Shown: positions 52,300 to 64,000 of the stretch, one piece after another
Layout of the letters: each line of letters begins with the position of its first letter
Numbering within the stretch: position 1 is the stretch's first letter
DNA from: Eledone cirrhosa
Lineage: Eukaryota
DNA length: 64,000 nt
Direction: 5' to 3'
Assembly (NCBI GenBank): GCA_964016885.1
Contig: OZ024754.1
Coordinates: 6,634,001-6,698,000, forward strand
Notes under the pieces: model-generated
The model's database searches: none
Told to the model about the DNA's origin: nothing
What the model saw: only the letters and a program-made list of their open reading frames with translations
Made by a program: the position numbers and the translations under genes

Positions 52300-52860
52300 G
52301 ATATGCTAGACAAAACAGCCAATTATTATTCGTGTCAACCCTTATCTATGGTTATGAATCTTGGATAATAACCGAAAGAATACGATCGCGAATACAAGCT
52401 GCTGAAATGGGGTTCCTCCGAAGGGTCTTTGGAGTAACATTACTCGGTAGAGTGCGTAGCTCGAAGATTAGAGAGTCATTCAAGGTAGAGCCGCTTCTTC
52501 TCTGAATTGAGAGATCGCAGTTCCGATACTATGTGCATGTGGTTAAAATGCCTCAGGAAAGAATTGCTGGAGTTACTCCAATTAGGGCTGCTACTTTTTC
52601 GAATTGAGAGATCACAGTTCCGATACTATGGGCATGTGGTTAGAATGTCTCTGGAAAGAATCACTGGACAGATTTTACAGGCAAAGATAAAAGGCAGCAA
52701 AGCCAGGGGTAGACCCTGAGCAAGATGGTTGGATAACATCCATAAGCTTGGCTGGTCTCGCTTGGGGATCCAGCCGGATCAGTTGGAGTTGGTTGCTTCT
52801 GACAGGACCCACTGGCATGAGTGTTTGAGCACTCATCCCCCATGACCACCCCAGGAATAA
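52300..52860 (+). pseudogene. Decayed RTE-clade LINE 3' region
   Basis: LIYGYESW..RIQAAEMGFLRR..RIERSQFRYYGHVVRM..GRP. In-frame stops and an internal ~97-bp duplication. Confidence 0.8.
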
Positions 52861-53824
52861 TTATGCTCAGGTATATGTATGAGAACATGCCATTTGAGCT
52901 TTACTTCATAAACTAGGTTTTTTGTCTTAAGTCTGGAAATATTAAACTAATTGTACCTGGGCATCCCTGAAACTTCTGACCACCATGATTAAACTTGCAT
53001 ATGTTTTCCGACCAGGTAATTTTCAAAACCGCACTATTTGAAATCTCGCAAGATGCGGTCCCATTGTATATCTTTATCAATACACGCGCTCTGTGTATAT
53101 AAATATATGTCACGACCTACTGCATATACATTGTTATTGAATAGTTTGCTTAGTTCTGTTTTTTTCTTTTAAGTGCAGTCGTTAGTGTCAGTTTTGATAG
53201 AAGAAAACACTCGTCTGTCTTTTAAGCTCTTGTCTAAGCTGCTTATATAGACATCCATGGTTTAATATAACAAACATATTTGATTTATCTGTCTTGCTGG
53301 TGTTCGTATGTACATTAGTAGCTGCCTAGAAAAAACATTATTAAAAGGGGACTTTTAATAATGTGACACCGTTATTAATATTTTCGGAAACTAAAACGCC
53401 CACACTGCTTATTGTCGATTTTTATATATTTTCATATTTAAAGAGTTCCATATTATGAAAGAAAAAGACTCCATTTTGAGGTTGTTTGTTGATAAATTTG
53501 TACTTACATTCTTTTAATGTATTCATCTAGGCAGGGAAATGGCAGATTTGATAGAACACTTTATGGTAATCGTTCCGGTTTTATGCACTCTCCGAGTTCA
53601 AATCCCACCAATTCCCATCCTTAAGCCCACCAACATATATTACTCCCAGTACTGTGATTATCTGAGATCAAGCCCGTGACTTTATAGCTTTATATTGGGT
53701 TAAAATGAAATACATACAAAATTATAAATCGTATTATTTATATATTATATATATTTCACTGACCACCATAGGAACAGATTTTCTCATACGCCATGTATAA
53801 TCATTTTTCATTACCATTAAAAGG

Positions 53825-53909
53825 GGTCTGAGGAGCCGTGTATCACAGAGTCGGGCTAGATCGATACAAATCGAACCTTGAGCTGATCAGTGGCGAAACG
53901 CGCGTCACC
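53825..53909 (+). ncRNA. Type I hammerhead motif with structured helix II insertion
   Basis: ggt-CTGAGGA-gcc..ggc-GAAA-cgcgcg-TC-acc, followed by aataaa and then (TA)n. Confidence 0.65.
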
Positions 53910-53953
53910 AACCAATAAAAGTAATGAAGGAGTAACCACTCGTTCTTGTTTTG

Positions 53954-54007
<54 letters not shown>

Positions 54008-54246
54008 TTCTACAGGACTAGAACTGTTTCATTCGGGAGAAATGTAAAAGGTAAACAGAAATAACACAATCGGTACAGTATATGGAGGGAATATATTGGG
54101 TTAACGTTTGAAATAACAGGAAATATATATATATGGTGAAAGCAGAAATTCTTTGCTTAAACTTTAATCTGTACTTATATATATATATTAATATGCATAA
54201 GGAAAGTAAATACTTTCAGACGTTCAACCATCTGACAGGAAGGTAT

Positions 54247-54289
54247 ACGATGCTGACGATAGCTAATAAGCTTGAAACTAGTACATCGT
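54247..54289 (+). ncRNA. Minimal type I hammerhead
   Basis: acgatg-CTGACGA-tagc(taataa)gctt-GAAA-ctag-TA-catcgt. Confidence 0.75.
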
Positions 54290-54857
54290 TCCTGTGTCAG
54301 TGTTGAACAAAAAGGTGACGTGGTTGCCTAAACACTGTACGGCGTAATTCGGGCTGTTTGTTTGTTTACAAACAAACAAACCGAGCATTATAATAAATGT
54401 TCGGTAAACCGATACGTGCATATATATATATGTGTGCATGTATGTATATATATACATACTACTGTACGTCTGTATACATATATGTATGTACGTATACAAA
54501 CATACATACTTACATTTAAGTAAGTGCCGTACTAAGAGTGAGAAATGAAATTTCGTTTCATTCTATTCCATTTATATATATATATATAGATAGATGAGAT
54601 TCTACAGGACTATCTCCTATTCGACCCGGAATAACGTGTATATATATATATATATATATATATATTGTGTGTGCGTGTAAATACTCTTTTTCTATCAGGC
54701 GTTAAACTAATATATTTCTTCATTGTACTGTTTTGTTTACTTAATTGTTTCTTCCGTTTATTTTTGTGCATATCTCTCTATATATATATATGCACAACCG
54801 TTATATATGCACAAACATTATATATTATTATATATTATTATATAATAATATATAAAA

Positions 54858-55044
54858 GGGTGGTGGATTGGCAGTATCGGTAGAGGGTCGGACGCCATGC
54901 TTTGACGCATAGAGTTACGGCTCTTGCCATTCTGAGTTCAAATCCTGCCGGAGTTAACTTTGCCTTTCATCCTTACGGGGTCGATAAAATAAAGTACCAG
55001 TAATGCACTGGGTAATTGCTGGCATTCTGCCAAAAGTAGAAACA

Positions 55045-55085
<41 letters not shown>

Positions 55086-55187
55086 ATAATAATTGTTTCT
55101 ACTTTTGGCACAAGGCCAGCAAAGACCCAGTGTATTACTGGTACTTTATTTTATCGACCCCGTAAGGATGAAAGGCAAAGTTAACCT
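54858..55187. mobile_element. Tail-to-tail pair of Meta-type SINEs around (TA)n
   Basis: 54858-55047 (+) full length, 55085-55187 (-) truncated. Confidence 0.8.
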
Positions 55188-55373
55188 AAACGAAAGATAT
55201 ACATTTTATATTTATTTATGTCCATTTTGTTTTGTTAAGGGAGCTGATATGTAAGATTATTTAGATTATTATGTAAGAAAAATATTTCTATAAAGGCTTC
55301 TAAATTTCTAAAACATTTCAAATTTCACTCATCGTTTCTAAACACACGTTTATAATTACATTATGTATGTATG

Positions 55374-55404
<31 letters not shown>

Positions 55405-55411
55405 GTATGTA

Positions 55412-55444
<33 letters not shown>

Positions 55445-55512
55445 GTTTACGACCAAAGTCGGTGGATTATCTGATCAACCAATATATATATATTATACAC
55501 ATTACACATACG

Positions 55513-55555
<43 letters not shown>

Positions 55556-55771
55556 CACATACACATATATATATAAATATATTATACACATACACACACA
55601 CACACACTATATATATATATATATATATATAGTTGTTATATTGTAAGGTGTATTATTGGTTGTGTCATACAGTCCAATAAACTTTTGTTAGCAATATTAA
55701 GTTCTCCATGCTTTTGTATATCTCCAATTCCATTTATGGGAACAGCTAGATGATGTAAAACTGAGTATTTG

Positions 55772-56052
55772 TATCAAAATAAAGATCCGTTCATTTCCAT
55801 TCATTTTAATCACTACACGTGTTTCAATATGTGATAGATCGATCGTGCGGCCATGATCGATTATCACTGATCTCGTCAGGTGAAAATGAATTGTCTTCAA
55901 ATCCTCATTTCAAGGATTTGAAGACAATTCATTTTCATCTGACGAGATCAGTGATAATCGATCATGGCTACACGATCGATCTATCTCTCATTGAAACATG
56001 TGTCGTGATTAAAATGTTTGGAAATTTATACCACGCCTTCGGATCTTTATTT

Positions 56053-56057
<5 letters not shown>
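55772..56057. mobile_element. Fold-back element with an HHR on each arm (55810-55883 -, 55935-56008 +)
   Basis: tcac/tcat-CTGACGA-gat..atcgatc..gatcgat..att-GAAA-cacgtg/catgtg-TA/TC-gtga. Confidence 0.75.
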
Positions 56058-56091
<34 letters not shown>

Positions 56092-56249
56092 GAGAGAGAG
56101 AGATTTTGAGTTTATGTTGGTTGTATAACAACACCTCAGTATGCAGGCTGGAGCACTCGACGAAGTGCGCAGGTTGGTTTGGTTACTCCGGAGTAGTGTA
56201 AAATAAAGTTAAATAAAAGTCAAATGATTAAAATTTGACTTCGTTTATT

Positions 56250-56304
56250 ACTGCTATATATATTTCAGTGACAGCCATCTTTGGCTGTGACCTCTTCAGG
56301 CAGT
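56250..56304 (-). ncRNA. Type I hammerhead motif
   Basis: Minus: actgc-CTGAAGA-ggtcacagcca(aaga)tggctgtcact-GAAA-tatata-TA-gcagt. Confidence 0.7.
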
Positions 56305-56435
56305 TTGAATTAGTATGGTATAGACAAGTACATATGTTGTTTAGGTGTATAATATTGTCAATACTCTGATATGCCCAGTTCCTTGTTGGGTTATTAATTC
56401 ACTGAGGAACTGGAGTCATATATATATATATATAT

Positions 56436-56636
56436 AACGAAGGAAGTGCGGTAAGGAACCAGGTGGACCATAACGAACCAGAGTACTCGATACTTTGGGT
56501 AGTAGAGTGGGTAATAATAGGAAAAAGGTTCAGGACCTTGACAGCAGAGCTTAAGCCGTTTCGACGGTTATTTCTGGACACAAATAGCCATCGAAACGGC
56601 TTGAGCTCTGCCATCGGGGTCCTGAATCTTTTCCTA
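56436..56636. mobile_element. Family A fold-back fragment
   Basis: Inverted tail and helix III, then a sense helix III copy. (TA)n on both sides. Confidence 0.65.
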
Positions 56637-56847
56637 TATATATATATAAACAATTATTTAGATTTATGCTATATATCGTCGTCTATTGAACTATAAAAAT
56701 GTTGTTTTATCATAGCATGATCCATCATTCAACAAATTGTTCTGTGGTCCGTTAGTGAACGTCATACCATGTTAAACACACGTTAATGTTATGTAAAGGA
56801 AATCTTTCACAGACATACGTAAATCAAGTAAAACAGCAATAGCTACA

Positions 56848-56885
<38 letters not shown>

Positions 56886-57154
56886 ATGTGTGTGTATATG
56901 TGTGTGTATGTGTAAATATATATATTTATATATATGTGTGTGTATATTTATATATATATATATATATAGTAAGTAAGTTAATTTTATAATTTTCTTATTT
57001 TACGTCTCTTATATTATTGTTCTGCAACCCCATGCATTGAACCACACTGTTATTAAGACAAAACCTATATATTTGCTAGCATTGATATGCATCTGTATGT
57101 ATATATATGTTACTAGATATGAATTCTTTATTATATATATATATATATATATAT

Positions 57155-57356
57155 ATGCCGAAGACGGCGTATATGTGTGTTTGGTATGTATATTTAATCT
57201 TGATAGTTTGTATAATTTTGTATAATTTTGTACATAGATCTGTTGAATATGCATGCCAATTCTAACACATATATATCCTAGAAACGATCGTTAAATAATG
57301 AACTTTTTTTGTTTAATATAAGGAACTGTTTCATTGTTTTATTCATTATTTGTTTA

Positions 57357-57365
<9 letters not shown>
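57155..57365 (+). mobile_element. Family C copy with mutated core (CCGAAGA)
   Basis: Near-identical to 19349-19545. Confidence 0.65.
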
Positions 57366-57410
<45 letters not shown>

Positions 57411-57424
57411 CGTGTGGATATTTA

Positions 57425-57458
<34 letters not shown>

Positions 57459-57546
57459 AATAACAATAATAATAATAATAATGCTTTCTTTATTAACCGC
57501 AAAGGTTGACACAAAGTATAATAATAATAATGAAACGAAGTTTTCG

Positions 57547-57593
<47 letters not shown>

Positions 57594-57696
57594 ATAATAG
57601 ATAATAATTAAATATATAAATAGATAAATAAATGCCATTGTTAAATAATAAATAAATCAACTAAACATTTCGTTTTAATAATTTTCTAACCTAGAG

Positions 57697-57747
<51 letters not shown>

Positions 57748-57814
57748 AAAAAAAAGAAAAAAAAAATTTTTCTTCCTCATAATTGTTTTATATATATATA
57801 TCGCTCTCAGAAAG

Positions 57815-57924
<110 letters not shown>

Positions 57925-58204
57925 ATGATAAGCTATCAGCGTTAAACAATGGTGGCCAAAGACAAAGAGACATTGTAGAGTTTGGGGTAGTGTCCCCAAA
58001 CAGCGAGTAAGACGCTACTTGTGTTCAAATATAGAGTTTCGTTGTCTTGTCTGATGTCTACGAATGACAGAACTATAAAAACAACGCCCTCTGGTGTTTA
58101 CTCGCATATTACGGACTACTGATTGTCGTCTGAGATTTGAATCGAACAAATTTTATGAGAATTTTCAACGATTAAAGACTTAATTTGACATTATATCTAA
58201 TATT

Positions 58205-59752
58205 TTCTGGGTTCAAATCCCGGGTCTTTACTGTCTGAGTTCAAATCCCGGTTTTTTATTTTATGGGTTCAAATCCCGGGTCTTTACTGTCTGAGTTCAA
58301 ATCCGGTTTTTTATTTTATGAGTTCAAATCCCGGGTCTTTACTGTCTGAGTTCAAATCCGGTTTTTTATTTTATGAGTTCAAATCCCGGGTCTTTACTGT
58401 CTGAATTCAAATTCCGGTTCTTTGTTTTCTAGGTTCAAATTCTAGGTCTTTATTTTCTGGGTTCAAATCCTGGATCTTTATTTTCTGGGTTCAAATCCTG
58501 GATCTTTATTTCCTGGGTTCAAATCCTGGATCTTTATTTTCTGGGTTCAAATCCTGGATCTTTATTTTCTGGGTTCAAATCCCGGTTCTTTATTTTCTGG
58601 GTTCAAATCCCGGTTCTTTATTTTCTGGGTTCAAATCCCGGGTCTTTACTCTCTGGGTTCAAATCCCAGGTCTTTACTCTCTGGGTTCAAATCCCGGGTC
58701 TTTACTCTCTGGGTTCAAATCCCAGGTCTTTACTCTCTGGGTTCAAATCCCGGGTCTTTACTCTCTGCTTTCAAATCCCGGGTCTTTACTCTCTGGGTTC
58801 AAATCCCAGGTCTTTACTCTCTGGGTTCAAATCCCGAGTCTTTACTCTCTGGGTTCAAATCCCAGGTCTTTACTCTCTGGGTTCAAAACCCGGGTCTTTA
58901 CTCTCTGCTTTCAAATCCCGGGTCTTTACTCTCTGGGTTCAAATCCCGGGTCTTTACTCTCTGGGTTCAAATCCCGGGTCTTTACTCTCTGGGTTCAAAT
59001 CCCGGGTCTTTACTCTCTGCTTTCAAATCCCGGGTCTTTACTCTCTGCTTTCAAATCCCGGGTCTTTACTCTCTGGGTTCAAATCCCAGGTCTTTACTCT
59101 CTGGGTTCAAATCCCGGGTCTTTACTCTCTGCTTTCAAATCCCGGGTCTTTACTCTCTGCTTTCAAATCCCGGGTCTTTACTCTCTGGGTTCAAATCCCG
59201 GGTCTTTACTCTCTGGGTTCAAATCCCGGGTCTTTACTCTCTGGGTTCAAATCCCGGGTCTTTACTCTCTGGGTTCAAATCCCGGGTCTTTACTCTCTGG
59301 GTTCAAATCCCGGGTCTTTACTCTCTGCTTTCAAATCCCGGGTCTTTACTCTCTGGGTTCAAATCCCGGGTCTTTACTCTCTGGGTTCAAATCCCGGGTC
59401 TTTACTCTCTGGGTTCAAATCCCGGGTCTTTACTCTCTGGGTTCAAATCCCGGGTCTTTACTCTCTGCTTTCAAATCCCGGGTCTTTACTCTCTGCTTTC
59501 AAATCCCGGGTCTTTACTCTCTGGGTTCAAATCCCAGGTCTTTACTCTCTGGGTTCAAATCCCGGGTCTTTACTCTCTGCTTTCAAATCCCGGGTCTTTA
59601 CTCTCTGCTTTCAAATCCCGGGTCTTTACTCTCTGGGTTCAAATCCCGGGTCTTTACTCTCTGGGTTCAAATCCCGGGTCTTTACTCTCTGGGTTCAAAT
59701 CCCGGGTCTTTACTCTCTGGGTTCAAATCCCGGGTCTTTACTCTCTGGGTTC
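58205..59752 (+). repeat. 28-bp minisatellite built on the SINE Pol III B-box, ~55 copies
   Basis: Unit ctgGGTTCAAATCCCgggtctttactct, followed directly by the SINE core ttgcctttcatc..gataaaataaaataccag. Confidence 0.9.
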
Positions 59753-59820
59753 ATATTGCCTTTCATCTTTCTGAGAGCGATAAAATAAAATACCAGTCAA
59801 ATACTGGAGTGAATCTAATC

Positions 59821-60437
59821 GACTTTCCCAACACCCCTCCCCTCGCAATGATTTGCCCAACACCCCTCCCCTCCCAATGACTTGCCCAACACCCCTCTCT
59901 TTCCAATGACTTTCCCAACACCCCTCTCTTTCCAATGACTTGCCCAACACCCCTCTCTTTCCAATGACTTGCCCAACACCCCTCCCCTCCTAATGACTTG
60001 CCCAACACCCCTCCCCTCCCAATGACTTGCCCAACACCCCTCCCCTCCCAATGACTTGCCCAACACCCCTCTCTTTCCAATGACTTTCCCAACACCCCTC
60101 CCCTCGCAATGATTTGCCCAACACCCCTCTCTTTCCAATGACTTGCCCAACACCCCTCTCTTTCCAATGACTTGCCCAACACCCCTCTCTTTCCAATGAC
60201 TTGCCCAACACCCCTCTCTTTCCAATGACTTGCCCAACACCCCTCTCTTTCCAATGACTTGCCCAACACCCCTCCCCTCCCAATGACTTGCCCAACACCC
60301 CTCTCTTTCCAATGACTTGCCCAACACCCCTCTCTTTCCAATGACTTGCCCAACACCCCTCTCTTTCCAATGACTTGCCCAACACCCCTCTCTTTCCAAT
60401 GACTTGCCCAACACCCCTCTCTTTCCAATGACTTGCC
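59821..60437 (+). repeat. 29-bp minisatellite, ~21 copies, inside the SINE 3' region
   Basis: Unit aatgacttgcccaacacccctctctttcc, followed by SINE tail gccttgagcctaaatta. Confidence 0.9.
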
Positions 60438-60686
60438 TTGAGCCTAAATTATAAGCCATTACATATTACATGAATTCTTCTTACATTTGGAATTTGATAA
60501 AATAATAGATCGTTTCTCCCGTGAGAAGCCTGTGTTGGCTCTGTACCAGTTACGTTCGTATCCCATTACTGGGGGCTTGGTGATGTTTTGGGTTTAAAGA
60601 TTCCTACTTTCTCCTTATCTACTTCAACTACCTCTCCCCTTCTCTGCCACCAACCTCCCCTCCCCCGCCACAGAGATAGAGAGATA

Positions 60687-60772
<86 letters not shown>

Positions 60773-60801
60773 GAGAGAGAGAGAGATAGATATATATAGA
60801 G

Positions 60802-60860
<59 letters not shown>

Positions 60861-60889
60861 TAGATATATAGAGAGATAGATAGATAGAG

Positions 60890-60951
<62 letters not shown>

Positions 60952-61189
60952 CGAGAGAGAGAGATAGAGCGAGAGAGAGAGATAGAGCGAGAGAGAGAGA
61001 TAGATTGATAGAGAGAGAGAGAGAGTTTATGTACGGATTTTCTAAGTAAATATATTTCTGAATAAGTAACAAATGTGTTATAAGGGTGTCCCCACAAAAT
61101 GTATACACACTTTCAGTACCTGTACAGGCAATATTTTTAAGAATACTGTTGAAGTGTGTATACATTTTTGGGGGGTCTCCCTATAGTGC

Positions 61190-61373
61190 ATAATTGTTTC
61201 TACTTTTGACACAAGACCAGCAATTACCCAGTGCATTACTGGTACTTTATTTTATCGACCCCGTAAGGATGAAAGGTAAAGTTAACCTCGGCGGGACTTG
61301 AACTCAGAATGGCAAGGGCCATAACTATGCGTCAAAGCATGGCGTCCAACCCTCTACCGATACTGCCAATCCA
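61190..61373 (-). mobile_element. Meta-type SINE, full length
   Basis: Reverse complement of the 431-621 family. Confidence 0.8.
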
Positions 61374-63459
61374 CATCTGCAGATCTCACACAGTTAGGAT
61401 GGACTGTTGATAGTCATCCATAGATTATAATGACAATTCAACATGTTTTTTCTATATCTTTAGTCACAGGAGAAATAACTATAAAACGAAATAGAAGTGA
61501 TATAAACGTTCAACAACTTTAAATATGGAAGGAAATCAATGTTATGAAGTTCTATAATTCATGCATCAAAATAAAATAAATTGTAAAATGTCGAATTTTC
61601 ATGCGTCTCTCATTTATCCTTCTGTTTTCAGCCATTAGACTGCGGCCATGCTGGAGCATCACCTTTTAAGATCGTATGGACTTCAGTACTTTCTTTTTTT
61701 CAAGTTTGGTACTTACTTTATCGAACTCCTTTGTTTCTTTCTTCCTATCTTTCTCAGTCTCATTCTCTTTCTTCTGCTTTTCCTTTCTCTCATTCACATT
61801 TTCTTCTTTCCTTACAAAGAAAACCAGACGACCGCTCTCTCTCTCTCTCTTTTTTACCTATCTTTTTCTTTCTTTTTTTTATACGTCCACACTTAAACTT
61901 TCTATTTCTTAAACTGCCTCTTTTATTCTCTCTCCCTATCACTCTCTCTCTCTCTGTTCTGTTTCTCCTTTTCTCTTTCCACACAAAGAAACCCAGACGA
62001 CCGCTCTCTTCTGCTCTTTCTTACTTTCTCTTACACATTCAAACTTTCTTCTTTTTTTACATAAACACTCTCTCCCTCTCTCTTTCTTTCTTAAACAGCC
62101 TTTTTCTCTTTTATTCTCTCTCCCTGTCCCTCTTCTCCTCTTCTGTTTCTCTCCCCACAAAGAAACCCAGACGACCGCTCACTTTACACTACACATCTGT
62201 ATAACGTCTCTAGAATACACCACCGAGACCCAGAAAAGTGCATTTGTTTATTCATTGTTTTATTTTTATATTTTTGTTTCGCAGCGAAAAAAATTCCACA
62301 GCATACAATGGTGAACTAATGAGGAAGGGGTGGTAACTCGACCTACTAGAAATAGCAGCCAATTCCACCTTATATATTTACTCGTTTAATTCCACAGCAA
62401 ACAATAATTGTTTCTACTTTTGGCATATCATATATTGAACCATCTAAAAGAAGGACATGGTATATTAGATAATGTGGCATTAGATATACACTGTCAGTAA
62501 AAAAAAAAAAAAAAAAAAATAGAAAGACTGGAATCATTTTGATCATATCTCCCTAGTAAGGGTTAGCCTGGGGCTAAACAACAACAACATTGACATTATA
62601 ATCACGACGGAAATGATGTAAACAAAATCATTGTCTTCGTACATTTGGAAGAGTTTCTGCATTCTGGAAGTCGATTAAATCACAAGAAACTTTTGATGTT
62701 TTTGCCCGGGATTCCTTTCTTGTAAAAGTGACAACGCCTTAGAAATAACTTCACAGCTTTACTAACAACTGTTTATATGATTCGTTTTTATTACTGTTGA
62801 CCCCCCTCACCTTATTCCTCCATTTTTTAAATTTTATTTATTGAAGGAAAAGACAACCCTGTCACGGTTATTAAAACGTTTCTTGTTGATGCTGCTGCTG
62901 TTGTTGAATAATTCTCTCGCTGATATTTTCTCTACCCCTTTAAAAGCAATATGGTTGACCATATTGTGTGTATCCGGTTTAAAATTGGGTCCATCGTGTC
63001 TCTTGGTCTCGTAACAGGTGATCAAAAGACATCCGGCCGTAAAACTTTACCTTATAAAGGACCCCATGATGAGTATGAATTCCATCATGGAGCCTGCAAA
63101 AGTATTTACTACTTTAGTAGGGAAAATGTTCTTTAAATGCCTGTTGGTATGGTGCACCAAACTGCAAAATGAGCCGGTAAGCAAGTCCTCTACGTAGTTA
63201 TATGTCATACTAAAAACAGCAATAGTATCTTCCTCAAATCATACCAGCTAAAACAATGACAGGGAACACATTAAAATCTTCATATCTGGCATCGGTGGGA
63301 TATTTACCAATCCTTCCTTCCGCAATCGTTTGTTAATAAATTCTTCAGAAACATCTTTAGAAACGATGAATCTTTTAAAACTTTGAAACTTTTCCCCGGT
63401 TTTAATCTTCTCCGTATTTGTTGATACCCATATAAGGTATTTCATGAAATCATAGCCGA

Positions 63460-63607
63460 CAGGTTAAGAGGTTAACTTTGCAATCATATAGGTCCCGAGT
63501 TCCATCCCACTGTGTGACATTATGTAAGTGTCTTTTCCCATAGCCTCGGGTCTAACCAAGCCTTGCGTGTGAAAGTAGATAGATGGAAACTGTATGAAAG
63601 GCCGTCA
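63460..63607 (+). mobile_element. Diverged tRNA-derived SINE of a third family
   Basis: B-box-like gagttccatccc, then aagtgtctt..atagcctcggg..caagccttg..gatggaaactg. Confidence 0.5.
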
Positions 63608-64000
63608 GATGTAATTCAAAGAGCCGGCTTTGTCATACACTAAATCTCCCTTAGAAATACGTTAAGGGTGTATATTTCTGTTGAATGGTCAGCCACCTAC
63701 ATGTTAATCTCATGAGCAGGCTGTTCCGTTGATCGAACAACTGGAACACTCATCGTCGATATCGATTGAGGCCCCTTCCATTCCTTTCTATTCTATTCCA
63801 TTAAATATTTGATTTTGTTTATCAGTTTCGCTTGCGTTATTATTCCCTAACAGAACAAGAGAAGGAAATTTAATTTAAATGACACTCGGTCGCGATTCGC
63901 TTTAATTTTATGCACCGCTGACTCGGAATTATGTTGTATCTTGGTTACAAACCCTAAGGCTCTATTCATAATAAAAATACGTAATTGTTCATTAACATAT

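Noticed and set aside
59738-60459. Repetitive 214-221 aa minus-strand ORFs
   Set aside because: Translations of the 29-bp minisatellite inside a SINE.

Overview
AT-rich, repeat-saturated eukaryotic non-coding DNA. The SINE families and microsatellite load suggest a cephalopod/octopus genome (inference). No intact protein-coding gene is supported: nearly all ORF-track hits are translated microsatellites. The main signal is a dense population of short non-coding elements sitting in (TA)n tracts, most built as inverted repeats and most carrying a type I hammerhead ribozyme (HHR) motif: helix I - (C/U)UGAn(G/A)A - helix II - GAAA - usually palindromic helix III - NUH - helix I'. I read about 17 sequence-distinct HHR families and about 40 motif copies by eye. 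The centrepiece is an 8.8-kb head-to-head array (8311-17123) of a near-identical 469-bp HHR monomer (about 10.2 + 8.6 copies). It resembles a retrozyme or non-autonomous Penelope-like element (PLE) copied from a circular or multimeric RNA. Three families use a compensatory U3-A8 core and several carry large helix II insertions. Also present: many tRNA-derived SINEs, two RTE-like LINE 3' fragments, a solo LTR, piggyBac- and Tc1-like MITEs, and four minisatellites, two of which expanded inside one SINE (one is an array of Pol III B-boxes). Ribozyme activity and mechanism are inferred, not tested.
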